Of a stretch of 64,000 bases of DNA, positions 63,438-64,000 are shown piece after piece (the stretch's first letter is position 1; each line of letters starts with the position of its first letter). Both the position numbers and the translations under genes were made by a program. Where the stretch lies: the NCBI RefSeq assembly GCF_009914755.1, contig NC_060935.1. One strand, 5' to 3'. This stretch comes from the human T2T-CHM13v2.0 reference genome, Homo sapiens. The notes below the pieces were generated by a model, which worked only from the letters and a program-made list of their open reading frames with translations, searched no databases and had not been told where the DNA came from.

Positions 63438-64000
63438 CAGTTATTCACCACATAACAGTGTTGTGGTCTACAATAGACCACGTATATAATGGTTTCATAA
63501 AATTATAATGGGACTAAAAAAATTCCTATCACCTAGTAATACCATAGCCATCATAATGTGGAACAGTGTGTTACCCACATGTTTGTAGTGATGCTGGTCT
63601 AAATAATATTGTGCTGCCAATCATATAAAAGTATAGCACATACAATTATGTACAATACATATACTTGATAATGATAATAAATGACTATATCACTGCTTTA
63701 TATATCTACTCTACTTTACATATATATGAGAAAACTTAACTGTAAAACAGCCTTGGGCAGGTCCTTCATTGTATCATAGGAGTTGACAGCTCCATGCATG
63801 TTATTGCCCCTGAACACCTTCCAGTGGGACAAGATGTGGAGGTGGAAGACAGTGACATTGATGATCATAACTGTGTAGGTCTAGGCTAGTGTGTGTTTAG
63901 GTCTTGTTTCTAACAAAATAGTTTAAAATTAAAAAAATTAAAAATAGAAAAAAGTTTATAGAATAAGGATACAAAGAAAGAAAATATTTTTTTAAACCAC
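63438..64000. mobile_element. Tigger3-type DNA transposon (runs off the window)
   Basis: TA-CAGTTATTCACCACATAAC..., AAATTCCTATCACCTAGT, GAACACCTTCCAGTGGGACAAGATGTGGAGGTGGAAGACAGTG. Confidence 0.85.

Overview
Primate (human-like) genomic DNA, recognisable as the 11p15.4 interval from OVCH2 into the neighbouring olfactory-receptor cluster. Bases ~285-14,800 hold coding exons 1-13 of ovochymase-2 (OVCH2, minus strand: signal peptide, trypsin-like S1 protease, CUB1, part of CUB2). All introns are GT-AG with consistent phases, and the 3' end lies left of the window. Two single-lesion OR pseudogenes follow on the + strand: OR10AB1P-like (~36.8 kb, 1-nt deletion in TM1) and OR5P4P-like (~54.4 kb, deletion of the MAYDR motif). 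The rest is mostly transposon: a full-length L1PA2-type element with intact antisense ORF0, two 5'-inverted L1PA3-type copies, older L1s, Alus, THE1/MLT LTRs, and MER2/MER20/Tigger DNA elements. Most notable observations: (1) the L1 ORF0 splice donor SD1 is phase-compatible with OVCH2 exon 2 on the same strand; (2) a 24-nt basic microexon, with a read-through stop and intronic AATAAA that could give a protease-only OVCH2; (3) a tailless 5'-half tRNA-Gln retrocopy with a perfect 15-bp TSD; (4) an L1 ORF2 split into EN-only and EN-less RT frames; (5) a two-template intronic duplication; (6) a possible splice route around the OR10AB1P frameshift; (7) a tailless L1 RT fragment fused to an MLT2A LTR. 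Repeat subfamily names and gene symbols come from recognition, not from a database search.
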